DNA of 32,000 nt from Microbacterium phage Juanyo: the sequence record ON526972.1; one strand, 5' to 3'. Position numbers and translations under genes: made by a program. This document shows positions 9,699-17,651 of the stretch, piece after piece. Within the stretch, counting starts at the first letter, position 1; every line of letters starts with the position of its first letter. The notes under the pieces were generated by a model. The model had not been told where the DNA came from and made no database searches. It saw nothing but the letters and a program-made list of their open reading frames with translations.

Positions 9699-10472
9699 AT
9701 GGCAACCCTCAAGAATCACAAGGGCTTCTGGCTCCGTGATGACGCGGCTGCTGCCTTCGACGCCTACGAGGCGAAGTACGGCAAGCGCATCGTCAACAGT
9801 GCAGGCCGCACCGTCGGGGAGCAGCAGGAGCTCATCAATCGCTGGGACGCCGGGGGCAAGTACAACCGTCCCCCGTACCTGTACGCCCCGGCGCGCCCCG
9901 CGACGGCCAGCAACCACGTCCGGAACGGTGGTGTGGCCATCGACATCGGCGACTGGCGCACCTTCAAGGAGCACGCTCACGAGTTCGGCTTCAAGTGGTA
10001 CGGCGACAAGGACGTGGTCCACTTCGACTTCGTCGGCTGGAACGGTGGCGTCAGCCAGGACACCAAGAACCGTCAGGCATGGCTCAACCAGTCGCGCGGC
10101 GAGAAGCTCGTCGTCGACGGCATCCAGGGCAAGGCCACCACGGCAGCCATCAAGCGCTACCAGACGTTCCTCGGTGTGACCGCTGACGGCATCTGGGGCG
10201 ACCGCACCCAGGCCGCGCACCAGGTCTACTACGACAACTGGCACAAGGGCACGGCTCCCAAGCGCCCGGTCATCCGCAAGGGCAGCAAGGGCCAGGCGGT
10301 CAAGGATCTCCAGGCTCGCCTGAACCGGGACTACCCGCTCTACTCCAAGCTGGCTGTCGACGGCATCTTCGGCAACGGCACGGAGAAGGTCGTGCGCGAG
10401 TTCCAGCGCCGTGCAGGTCTGGTCGTCGATGGCATCGTCGGCGAGCGCACCTGGGGCAAGCTCGGCTTCTGA
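9699..10472 (+). CDS. Endolysin: M15-type peptidase (VanY/D-Ala-D-Ala or L-Ala-D-Glu peptidase-like) plus two PG_binding_1-like repeats
   Basis: SD AGGAG at 9687-9691 is 7 nt before ATG 9699. Motifs NHVRNGGVAIDI(G)D...WYGDKDVVHFDFVG match Zn-peptidase M15. Two peptidoglycan-binding repeats follow (GIQGKATTAAIKRYQ...VTADGIWGDRT and ..RLNRDYP..LAVDGIFGNGTEKVVREFQRRAGLVVDGIVGERT). Confidence 0.85.
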   Translation: MATLKNHKGFWLRDDAAAAFDAYEAKYGKRIVNSAGRTVGEQQELINRWDAGGKYNRPPYLYAPARPATASNHVRNGGVAIDIGDWRTFKEHAHEFGFKWYGDKDVVHFDFVGWNGGVSQDTKNRQAWLNQSRGEKLVVDGIQGKATTAAIKRYQTFLGVTADGIWGDRTQAAHQVYYDNWHKGTAPKRPVIRKGSKGQAVKDLQARLNRDYPLYSKLAVDGIFGNGTEKVVREFQRRAGLVVDGIVGERTWGKLGF

Positions 10473-10491
10473 TACACACTGGAGGGGCATC

Positions 10492-10875
10492 ATGCTGGAG
10501 GTAATCGAGCGCATCGGGGCAGTGATCACGCCGGTCCTTGTGACTGTGATCACCGTCTTCGGTGGCGTGCTGGTGGCGCGCATCAACAAGGTCAACAACA
10601 AGGTCGAGAAGGTGCAGTCGGACATCGTCACCAACCACGGAAGCAAGAACATCGGTGATGCGATCGACCGCCTCACCACTCGCGTCATGGTCATCAGCGA
10701 CAACCAGGACCAGCTCATTCTGGACGTGAAGGCGCTGAAGAAGCACGACGCTGAAGTGGACACACGGCTGGACCACATCGAGCAGTCCAGCCAGGAGACC
10801 AAGGACGCAGTCACCGACAGCATCCGGGTCGTCAAGCCGTTCCACGCTCTCGTGGACAAGCTGAAAGGAAAGTAA
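10492..10875 (+). CDS. Single-TM plus coiled-coil membrane protein in the lysis cassette (DUF2746/holin-accessory-like)
   Basis: SD GGAGG before ATG 10492. N-terminal TM (ITPVLVTVITVFGGVLVA) followed by a charged coiled coil, next to the endolysin. Confidence 0.65.
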   Translation: MLEVIERIGAVITPVLVTVITVFGGVLVARINKVNNKVEKVQSDIVTNHGSKNIGDAIDRLTTRVMVISDNQDQLILDVKALKKHDAEVDTRLDHIEQSSQETKDAVTDSIRVVKPFHALVDKLKGK

Positions 10876-10877
10876 CA

Positions 10878-11168
10878 ATGGAAACCATCGCAACCCTGGC
10901 GACCGTTCCGGCGGTCATCGCCCTGGTCACCCTGTTCAAGGACCTGGGACTGCCCAGCAAGCTCTCGCCACTGCTGGCCGTGGTGCTCGGTGTGGCCCTG
11001 TCGGTGCTGAGCGCGCTGTCGCTGGGCACCGTGGCCAACTGGTACGAGACGGTCAGCCTCGGCGTCATCCTCGGCCTGAGCGCTGCGGGCCTGTACGACG
11101 GTGCCCGCGCCATCGGCAACAAGACCCCTGAGACCATCGTGGTCCAGGAGAACAAGCCCCTCAGCTAA
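10878..11168 (+). CDS. Holin-like two-TM protein
   Basis: 96 aa; two hydrophobic segments (LSPLLAVVLGVALSVLSALSLG; VSLGVILGLSAAGLYDGA), directly downstream of the endolysin and the TM protein. Confidence 0.7.
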   Translation: METIATLATVPAVIALVTLFKDLGLPSKLSPLLAVVLGVALSVLSALSLGTVANWYETVSLGVILGLSAAGLYDGARAIGNKTPETIVVQENKPLS

Positions 11169-11205
11169 TCGGCTGAGGTCAACTAAGAAAGAGAAGGATA
11201 GACAC

Positions 11206-11625
11206 ATGGCTGTCGACTTCAGCACCAGCGCCACCCAGGCGCTCACGGCCAACTACGGCCACACGGCCCAGAAGACCTGGAGCACCGTGCGCACGTTCCC
11301 GTCGGGTCCGGCGAAGGTGCTCTTCACGGACATCTCCATCGGCCAGATCACGAACGTCGGGTTCATCTCGTACACGTTCATCTACGCCAGCTACCTGATC
11401 GGGGTCTACCGGATCGGATACGGCGCGGGCTACGGCATCCGCAACATCACGCGGGTGAACAAGTACTGGGGCGTCCAGTCCTGGGTCTCCATGGGCAGCC
11501 TGCCCGCTGGTGACTACAAGCTGGTCACCCAGTGCGACTACGTCAACACCGGCCCCGACGGCAAGAACGGACCGTTCCCCATGCCGGGTGAGGTCCGTGC
11601 GTCCTTCCGCATGATCGTGGGCTGA
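11206..11625 (+). CDS. Hypothetical protein, last gene of the rightward late operon
   Basis: 139 aa ORF with ATG at 11206, followed immediately by the terminator hairpin. Confidence 0.65.
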   Translation: MAVDFSTSATQALTANYGHTAQKTWSTVRTFPSGPAKVLFTDISIGQITNVGFISYTFIYASYLIGVYRIGYGAGYGIRNITRVNKYWGVQSWVSMGSLPAGDYKLVTQCDYVNTGPDGKNGPFPMPGEVRASFRMIVG

Positions 11626-11637
11626 CGCACCCCACAA

Positions 11638-11677
11638 GGAAGCCCCCGTCCGGCTACTCTGCCAGGCGGGGGCTTCC
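11638..11677. terminator. Intrinsic-type hairpin, probably bidirectional between convergent operons
   Basis: ggaagcccccg (11638-11648) and cgggggcttcc (11667-11677) form an 11-bp perfect stem with an 18-nt loop, between a + strand gene end (11625) and a - strand gene end (11686). Confidence 0.75.
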
Positions 11678-11685
11678 TGCTGCCC

Positions 11686-11862
11686 TCAGGCGAGGGGGAA
11701 GCGCTGGTCGAGGGGGACCACAGCGACGCCCAGGTCCGTCTCCAGGCGACCGCGCTGGTGGTCGATGCGGCGAACCCGGATGACCGTGGCCTCGTTGCCC
11801 TCGGGGTCGATGATAACCTGACCCTTGGTGAGATCCTCTGCCTTGATGCCCTTGCTAGCCAT
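11686..11862 (-). CDS. Small hypothetical protein (58 aa), below the cutoff of the supplied ORF track
   Basis: Minus-strand translation MASKGIKAEDLTKGQVIIDPEGNEATVIRVRRIDHQRGRLETDLGVAVVPLDQRFPLA*. SD AAGGAGG lies just upstream and a promoter-like element at 11893-11922. Confidence 0.7.
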   Translation of the reverse strand: MASKGIKAEDLTKGQVIIDPEGNEATVIRVRRIDHQRGRLETDLGVAVVPLDQRFPLA

Positions 11863-11892
11863 GATGGCCTCCTTCGGTTGGTTGGTACTTGA

Positions 11893-11922
11893 AGCTTAGC
11901 ACGCGTCTTGAAGGTTACGCAA
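11893..11922 (-). promoter_or_regulatory. Sigma70-like promoter: TTGCGT-N18-TAAGCT
   Basis: Minus strand TTGCGT AACCTTCAAGACGCGTGC TAAGCT upstream of the gene at 11862. Member of a recurrent family (see findings). Confidence 0.6.
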
Positions 11923-11930
11923 CCCCGGAT

Positions 11931-12329
11931 TCAGATGCCGCGCTTGGCCGTGTCGCCGGACTTGTACGGCATGTCCTTGAAGCCGTTGACCGGTGCAGCC
12001 GGGGCGACCTCGACGGTCCGGTAGCCCTTGGAGAACATGGCGTCGGCCACCTGGTCGGCGCTGGTGCCCCAGACCACGGTCTGCCCGGTGAGGCGACGGT
12101 CGTTGACGGTGTACACCAGGTACGCGAAGGCCGGGACAGCGACGGTCCAGGTGGAGGGGCAAGTGGTGTCGTCGCGAAGGATGAACCCCTTCTCCATCAG
12201 GAAGTCCGCGTAGGTGTTGACCTCCTTGGTGGTCCAGCCTCGACCATTCAGGTCGTAGTAGTACGGCTTGACGGTGTTCAGCCACTCAACGAAGTGGGTG
12301 ATGGCCTGGATGCTGGTGTTGTGCGACAT
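11931..12329 (-). CDS. Hypothetical protein (132 aa)
   Basis: MSHNTSIQAITHFVEWLNTVKPYYYDLNGRGWTTKEVN...; SD-containing intergenic region upstream and a promoter-like element at 12366-12395. Confidence 0.65.
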   Translation of the reverse strand: MSHNTSIQAITHFVEWLNTVKPYYYDLNGRGWTTKEVNTYADFLMEKGFILRDDTTCPSTWTVAVPAFAYLVYTVNDRRLTGQTVVWGTSADQVADAMFSKGYRTVEVAPAAPVNGFKDMPYKSGDTAKRGI

Positions 12330-12365
12330 GGTGTGCTCCTTGGGGTGTTCCTTGCTGATATGAAG

Positions 12366-12395
12366 ATCCTAGCACGGGGTTGAAGTACTTCGCAA
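12366..12395 (-). promoter_or_regulatory. Promoter-like: TTGCGA-N18-TAGGAT
   Basis: Minus strand TTGCGA AGTACTTCAACCCCGTGC TAGGAT. Confidence 0.6.
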
Positions 12396-12398
12396 CTC

Positions 12399-12650
12399 CT
12401 AAGTTCCAAATACCAGTTTCATCACTCCAAGGACGGCCAGCAGGGTCTCGTCCAGGTATCGGCTCCACCAATAGGCAGCGCACACCAGCCAAGTGATGAT
12501 GAACACGTACATCAGCACCGGCATCCAGAGCAGGACGGCGAGCAGGTTCTCCATACGTGTGGCCCGAGGCATCTCTACGACAGGGGCGTTCATGCGCTCC
12601 ACCAGGTCGTCAAAGCTCAGGATCGGTCGGGGGTCCAGTGATATCGTCAT
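12399..12650 (-). CDS. Small membrane protein (start uncertain)
   Basis: MTISLDPRPILSFDDLVERM...NLLAVLLWMPVLMYVFIITWLVCAAYWW...; strong TM segment. Start at 12650 or 12593 is possible. Confidence 0.55.
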   Translation of the reverse strand: MTISLDPRPILSFDDLVERMNAPVVEMPRATRMENLLAVLLWMPVLMYVFIITWLVCAAYWWSRYLDETLLAVLGVMKLVFGT

Positions 12651-12813
12651 GCTGTCCACCGTACCACGGCATCTCCAGCCGTGCAAGGGTAGCGTTCACC
12701 ATGTCCTGCATGCGCCGCGTGTGCAGCCACCAGACAGCCAGCCGGTCGCCATCGACAGGCGTCTCACGGCCGAACGTATGCAGGCTGCGGGCCTCCTGGA
12801 CCGTGGGGTACAT
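12610..12813 (-). CDS. Small hypothetical protein (67 aa)
   Basis: MYPTVQEARSLHTFGRETPVDGDRLAVWWLHTRRMQDMVNATLARLEMPWYGGQHDDITGPPTDPEL*; ATG overlaps the helicase stop (TGATG) with an SD GGAGG. Confidence 0.65.
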   Translation of the reverse strand: MYPTVQEARSLHTFGRETPVDGDRLAVWWLHTRRMQDMVNATLARLEMPWYGGQHDDITGPPTDPEL

Positions 12814-14489
12814 CAGTCCTCCACGACCGGTCGCTGCACGATCTTGAGACCCTGGTTGATGTAGTGCATGTTGTTCCCCCTCTTGGTCTGCACACCCAGC
12901 CGGAGCAGGTCGCTGTCCTCCTCGGGGCTGGCCAGGCTCATGATGAAGTCCGACCAACCGTGGAGCGCCGTGGCACCCAGGATGGACTCCTGCACAGTCT
13001 CACCCTTCTCGAAGACCCGCTTGCGTGTGTGGTGGATAAACATGATGGCGCACTTGGTCTCCTTGGCGATCTCCTTGAGAGGCTTCAGGATGGCGTACAT
13101 GTCCTTCTGATCGGACACGTTGGCCTTGCCGATGGCCATGGACAGAGTGTCGATAACCACCAGGTCAAGGTCATGCTTAGTGATGGTCTCGAGGAGCCGC
13201 TGCTGGTCCGCCTCGTCACTGAGGTCCACGGCTGCGAAGTTGGTGAACAGGTCCAGAGGGACCGGGGGTTCCCAGACCAGCGCCTTGCCGTCCTGCCTGA
13301 TGTGGCCGTCCCAGTGGTACTTCTGCCGACCGTGGTCCTTGTTCAGAGATGCGCTGATGCGCTCAGCGAACAGGTAGTCCCCGTCCTCCAGAGACAGGAA
13401 TCCCACACGCTTAGGCTTGCGCATGGACAGCCCCAGCGGCCGACGGCCAGTCGCCAGCCCCAGGGCGATCTCGATGGCGATGCGGGTCTTGCCTACCTTG
13501 GGCGCTGCCACCAGCAGCCCGCACGCACCCTCGGCGATGATGTCCGGCAGCACCCACGACATAGGGGTGCGGATGACCGGGCCAAACTTGTCGACCGTGG
13601 ACATCTCCCAGGCTTCGATGACTTCCTCGTCATCGTCGCTTTCGTCCTCACTGGAGGCCTTGGGCTTCTCCTTGCGGGGCTTCTCCGGGACGTGCCCATA
13701 CGCACGCTCGATGTCATCCTTGAGCTTGTCTGGGTCATCCTTCCACTTGTTCCACTCGGTGGCCTTGATCATCTTGAACGCGAGGCTCTGCTCCAGGCCA
13801 AGCTCTGCAGCGTTCCGGGCAAACTTCCAGAGAAGCTGGCTGCGGTCCCCGTAGGTGTCCTTCTTGCCCAGCTCAGCCGCTGTGCCAGCCGAGAAGCCTA
13901 GCTCCTTGGCCACACGGGACAGCAGCATGCCACGGGTCCACACACGCCCGCTCGAGGACAGCACGCGCCCCAGGAACGGCTCCCGCTTGTGGTGCATGGT
14001 GCCGGGCACGCGGAGGAGCTGGCTGATGTCGACGCCAGACTTGTCCGCGCCGATGGCCTGGGTCAGCATGCCAATGAACCCGTCCCGGTGGAACTCGGAC
14101 ACGGGCAGGGCTTCCTTGAGGAGCCAGATGGCCTGGATGTGGCCGGGGCTGGTCTCCCACATGTACGACGGCCGGAGCGCCTCCAGCAGCTTCCGGTCGT
14201 AGCTGTCGTCACAGTCCACCCAGACGGCGCGCTGTGCGGGGTAGTTGGTGCCCTCGGTGCCCTTCTTGATACGTCGCGTCTCACCCCGGCTGACGGCAGG
14301 GGTCCAGTACCAGTCCACCGAGTCACGCAGGTCGGGGAAGGCGGGCTTCCTAGCGTTGATCATCGGGCCTTCGCGGAAGCGCTCCTTGTCCTTGACCCCG
14401 ATGTCAGAGATGCTGGGCATCCACACGTTCCCGGACACGCCGGAGTGCTTCCACACCTTGTGGATTATGTCAAGAGGGTTGATATCCAC
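12813..14489 (-). CDS. DNA primase/helicase (RepB-type primase-like N-terminus plus RepA/AAA_25-like ATPase)
   Basis: 558 aa. N-terminal YPAQRAVWVDCDDSYD..METSPGHIQAIWLL..DISQLLRVPGTMHHK. Walker A APKVGKTR and Walker B-like LDLVVIDTLSMA. Confidence 0.8.
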   Translation of the reverse strand: MDINPLDIIHKVWKHSGVSGNVWMPSISDIGVKDKERFREGPMINARKPAFPDLRDSVDWYWTPAVSRGETRRIKKGTEGTNYPAQRAVWVDCDDSYDRKLLEALRPSYMWETSPGHIQAIWLLKEALPVSEFHRDGFIGMLTQAIGADKSGVDISQLLRVPGTMHHKREPFLGRVLSSSGRVWTRGMLLSRVAKELGFSAGTAAELGKKDTYGDRSQLLWKFARNAAELGLEQSLAFKMIKATEWNKWKDDPDKLKDDIERAYGHVPEKPRKEKPKASSEDESDDDEEVIEAWEMSTVDKFGPVIRTPMSWVLPDIIAEGACGLLVAAPKVGKTRIAIEIALGLATGRRPLGLSMRKPKRVGFLSLEDGDYLFAERISASLNKDHGRQKYHWDGHIRQDGKALVWEPPVPLDLFTNFAAVDLSDEADQQRLLETITKHDLDLVVIDTLSMAIGKANVSDQKDMYAILKPLKEIAKETKCAIMFIHHTRKRVFEKGETVQESILGATALHGWSDFIMSLASPEEDSDLLRLGVQTKRGNNMHYINQGLKIVQRPVVED

Positions 14490-14758
14490 TCTACTACTTC
14501 CTGAGCCTTGGGGTCATGGCTGACGAACGTGACGCCACCAGCCTGACGGAACTTTCTGAGGTTGTACTGCTGGGCCTCGCTGGGCTTCTCCTTGGCCGAT
14601 CGCTTGGCTTCAATCGCGAAGAAGTGCCCATGCGCGCACCCAAGGATGTCGGGGGTCCCCTTCTGCTGAAAGGAACCCCCGTGGGTGCGGAGGGCGTACA
14701 CCCCAGGCATCGCGTTGAGCCGCTTCAACATGCGGCGCACGACCTCCGCTTCATCCAT
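14465..14758 (-). CDS. VRR-NUC domain nuclease
   Basis: 97 aa MDEAEVVRRMLKRLNAMPGVYALRTHGGSFQQKGTPDILGCAHGHFFAIEAKRS...EAQQYNLRKFRQAGG: typical GxPDxx..FxEVK-type PD-(D/E)XK small nuclease. Confidence 0.85.
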   Translation of the reverse strand: MDEAEVVRRMLKRLNAMPGVYALRTHGGSFQQKGTPDILGCAHGHFFAIEAKRSAKEKPSEAQQYNLRKFRQAGGVTFVSHDPKAQEVVEWISTLLT

Positions 14759-15615
14759 CAGCGGCGACGCACGGTGCGGCGAGCCGGTGCAGCCTTGGCC
14801 TTGGCTGCGGGCTTCTTGGCCGGTGCGGCACGACGCTTCGGAGCAGGCTCAGGCTCCTCCTCTTCGTCGTCCTCGTCGTCTTCGAACTCCTCGTCCTCGA
14901 GGTCCTCGTCACCGAGGTCGTCCTCGTCGAGGTCGTCCTCATCCTCGTCATCTTCGTCGTCGCCCTCGCCGAGCTCCTCCTCGATGACCAGCTCGATGAG
15001 CTCGTCCTTCTTGACGCCGTTGGTGTCGATGCCGAGGCCCTTGGCACGCTTGCGCAGTGCGGGCAGGGTCAGCGCCTCGAGCTCCTCGCGAAGCTCATCG
15101 TCGTCCTCACCCTCCTCGTCTTCGGCCTCGTCTTCGTACTCCTCCTCGGCCTCGTCGGCTTCCTCGTCGTACTCGTCGTCATCCTCGTCGACGCCCGTGT
15201 TGTCGTCGTCCAGGATGTCCAGACCGTAGATGTTGGCCAGCGTGGAGCGGCCCTCGTACTGGCCGGTCTCGTCCTCGACCTCACCAGCGACCACCTTGCC
15301 GACGGCCTTGTTGGGGTCGATGTTGACGGCCTTGCCCTTGGCCTTGGCAGCGTCCAGCACGCCAGCGGCGACCATCAGGTCGCGGAGCTTCCAGTACTGG
15401 TTCGCCTGGAGCTTGCAGTAGTACGGGAACCGGCGCGTCTTGTACTTCTCGACCTCGGGGACGAGGTAGAAGACGTACATGTCGGTCCCGTCCTGGGCCT
15501 CCTTGTCCTCCACGCCGACGATCTTGAAGGCGTGCAGCCCCTCGGGCATGCGCTTGGTGTTGATGCCCGAGCGCTCCTCGACCTTGCTGAAATCGAGACG
15601 GATCTTCTTAGCCAT
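14758..15615 (-). CDS. ssDNA-binding/recombination mediator-like protein with SAP/Rho-N-like segment between acidic tracts and a basic tail
   Basis: 285 aa starting MAKKIRLDFSKVEERSGINTKRMPEGLHAFKIVGVE... It contains LTLPALRKRAKGLGIDTNGVKKDELIELVIEEEL between long Asp/Glu runs, then KRRAAPAKKPAAKAKAAPARRTVRRR. Located between nuclease and Sak4-like genes. Confidence 0.65.
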   Translation of the reverse strand: MAKKIRLDFSKVEERSGINTKRMPEGLHAFKIVGVEDKEAQDGTDMYVFYLVPEVEKYKTRRFPYYCKLQANQYWKLRDLMVAAGVLDAAKAKGKAVNIDPNKAVGKVVAGEVEDETGQYEGRSTLANIYGLDILDDDNTGVDEDDDEYDEEADEAEEEYEDEAEDEEGEDDDELREELEALTLPALRKRAKGLGIDTNGVKKDELIELVIEEELGEGDDEDDEDEDDLDEDDLGDEDLEDEEFEDDEDDEEEEPEPAPKRRAAPAKKPAAKAKAAPARRTVRRR

Positions 15616-15658
15616 GATGGCCCTTTCTTTGTTGGTGGTTCTTCTTGGGGAATCTCGG

Positions 15659-16330
15659 CTAGCGGGTCCAGCCGAGAAGCTGGTTGAGCCGCCCGATGCT
15701 GGGCGACTTGAGGTAGGGCGGATTGCCGTGGTACTTCTCGCTCCGCGCCCCGGCCACAATCGACGAGGACGGCCCGAGCCAGAGGCGGCGAACCGGCTTG
15801 TCGTCGACGTGGGCGATGTACAGGCGACCGATGGCGTCGGACATCTGCAGGACGGCGCTGGCTGCACCGGCCGACAGGTCCACAGTGGTCATGACCGCTG
15901 CGTCCTCGTCGTCATCGTCGGAAGCCCAGTCCTCGTTCGGCAGGATGAGGCGTTCCTGAGCCAACACGATAACATCCTTGTTGCTGTCGCGCAACGTGCG
16001 GATGAGTGTGGCCAGACCGTTGTTCGCCGTGCCGAAGTCCTGCTTCCTGATCTGGGCACCGGGGCCACCAGCCGACTCCTGCTGGAACAAGGTGTGCAGG
16101 CTGGTCGCCGTGTCGATGACGAAGCGCTGATGCTTGGCGAGGAAGCTGCTGTTCACCGTCTTGTTGATGTTGCGAGTGGACAGGTCCTCGAGGATCGTCA
16201 TGCCCTGAGTGTTGATACCACGCAGACCACGGTCAGCGCTGAAGACTGCAGTCTTGCCCTTGGGTGCGTCCTTGAGGGCGAGCGTGGTCTTGCCGACCTT
16301 GGGTCGACCGTAGATGGTGATGACGCTCAT
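15659..16330 (-). CDS. RecA-like/Sak4-like ATPase (AAA_24-type)
   Basis: MSVITIYGRPKVGKTTLALKDAPKGKTAVFSADRGLRG...; Walker A GRPKVGKT; neighbour of Cas4-like nuclease and SSB-like genes. Confidence 0.75.
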   Translation of the reverse strand: MSVITIYGRPKVGKTTLALKDAPKGKTAVFSADRGLRGINTQGMTILEDLSTRNINKTVNSSFLAKHQRFVIDTATSLHTLFQQESAGGPGAQIRKQDFGTANNGLATLIRTLRDSNKDVIVLAQERLILPNEDWASDDDDEDAAVMTTVDLSAGAASAVLQMSDAIGRLYIAHVDDKPVRRLWLGPSSSIVAGARSEKYHGNPPYLKSPSIGRLNQLLGWTR

Positions 16331-16467
16331 GCTACCTGTCCTCCTTCCTCGCGTGCTCGGTGGTTCCACCGGATGCTGAGCGGACCGACCTCGGGGGCCA
16401 GCGTGACGACGCACGGATGGCCGGGGTCTGCACCACAGTACGAGCAGGCGAACGTGAGTGCTCTCAT
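16327..16467 (-). CDS. Very small zinc-finger-like protein (46 aa)
   Basis: MRALTFACSYCGADPGHPCVVTLAPEVGPLSIRWNHRAREEGGQVA*; CxxCGxxxGxPC motif; 4-nt overlaps with both flanking genes. Confidence 0.65.
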   Translation of the reverse strand: MRALTFACSYCGADPGHPCVVTLAPEVGPLSIRWNHRAREEGGQVA

Positions 16468-17651
16468 TTCTTGGCCTTCGCTTTCTTCTGGTTGGGGTAG
16501 TAGTCGAGCGGATCGCGGGTAGTGACGTACCTGGTGCGCTGCTCGATCTCGCTGGTGCCGTGCATCAGGTCGGCCACGGTGAGGTCCTTGTAGTTGCACT
16601 TGAAGCTCGAGCACGCATACAGGTTACGCTCCACGCAGTCGGGGTCATCCCACTTGTACGTTAGCAGTCGGCGGGCCGAAGCCACAAACGACTTCCTCTG
16701 ACGCTCTGCCTGCTCGGGGCTGAACACCAGCCGGTCGCGCCGGAACTCGGTGCTGTAGTCCCGGTGCTGAAGCTCCACCAGGAACTCCTCGATGTAGATG
16801 CGCTCTTCGGCATCTTCCACAGCGAGCAGATCCTTGCCCCGGATGACTGTCATCAGCCCGTTCTCGATGAGCCACTCCCGGAACACGGGGTAGGTCGTAC
16901 CCGACGGCTTCAGTACGCGGCTGATCTTGCCCTTCTGGGTTAGCGTGGGCGTCTTGATGGCCCCGGTACGGCAGTAGTCGTAGATGAAGCCCTTGGGCTG
17001 CGGCAGAGGCTTGCCCTTGTAGCGGAGAGCCTTGTACTCAGGCGCGGTCTCGCACGCCCAGAGGTAGGAGTAGTGCTGGAAGGCCAGCTCACGATAGCGC
17101 CAGTCGGGGAGTGTGGCGTGAGTCTTGTGATCGCCCAGCCACACATCGCCCTGATCGTCGATCCAGACGATGTCGATGCGGCCCCGGTACAGCACCTTCC
17201 CCCGGAACATGGGGCGCTCCACCGTCAGCTCGACAGCGATGGGGGTGAGGGTCTCGTGCAGCTTGGTCTCGTAGAGCCAGTCGTAGCTGAGGACGATGTT
17301 GTAGCACTCTTCGGCCAGACCAGCCACCTCCTCGTCGAAGTACTCGGTCTCGGCCTTGTAGGTCAGCTGGTCGTGCAGCTTGCGCCAGTCGCCACCCTTG
17401 CCCCGCTCCTCGAGCAGCGCGTGGACCCAGGTGCCACGGGTGAGGGGCTTGGACTCGATGCGGGGGCGAAGCCCCAGGATGATGCTGTAGTAGGTCTCAC
17501 GCGGGCACTCCACGAAGCTGCTGACCATGCTCTGGGTGATGACCAGCTTGCCATCCTCAGTCTTGGGCCAGGTGCCCCTCGGGCCGTGCCACGCCTTGGA
17601 CCCCGGCTTCTTGCCAGTGCTGGGCAGCGCCTTCGCCTTAGAATTCCGCAA
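16464..17651 (-). CDS. PD-(D/E)XK exonuclease, Cas4/RecB-like
   Basis: SFVECPRETYYSIILGLRP..GRIDIVWIDDQGDVWLGDHKT..; Cys-containing CSSFKC near the C-terminus. Start uncertain: ORF extends to 17723, and TTG 17651 has the best-placed SD (GGAGGT). Confidence 0.78.
   Translation of the reverse strand: MRNSKAKALPSTGKKPGSKAWHGPRGTWPKTEDGKLVITQSMVSSFVECPRETYYSIILGLRPRIESKPLTRGTWVHALLEERGKGGDWRKLHDQLTYKAETEYFDEEVAGLAEECYNIVLSYDWLYETKLHETLTPIAVELTVERPMFRGKVLYRGRIDIVWIDDQGDVWLGDHKTHATLPDWRYRELAFQHYSYLWACETAPEYKALRYKGKPLPQPKGFIYDYCRTGAIKTPTLTQKGKISRVLKPSGTTYPVFREWLIENGLMTVIRGKDLLAVEDAEERIYIEEFLVELQHRDYSTEFRRDRLVFSPEQAERQRKSFVASARRLLTYKWDDPDCVERNLYACSSFKCNYKDLTVADLMHGTSEIEQRTRYVTTRDPLDYYPNQKKAKAKK

Noticed and set aside
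7495-9705. 736-aa antisense ORF opposite the GH18-like tail protein
   Set aside because: Antisense shadow of a gene with clear GH18 motifs and proper operon position.
9597-11252. 551-aa antisense ORF over the lysis cassette
   Set aside because: Antisense to endolysin and holin genes with convincing motifs and ribosome-binding sites.
12864-13901. 345-aa + strand ORF opposite the primase/helicase
   Set aside because: Antisense frame with no recognisable motif; the minus-strand gene has Walker motifs.
14751-15326. Arg/Ser/Glu-rich ORFs in several frames and the apparent tandem repeat over the tcctcgtcgtc tracts
   Set aside because: Explained by the codon-level repetitiveness of the Asp/Glu-rich region of the 14758-15615 protein, not an independent repeat array.
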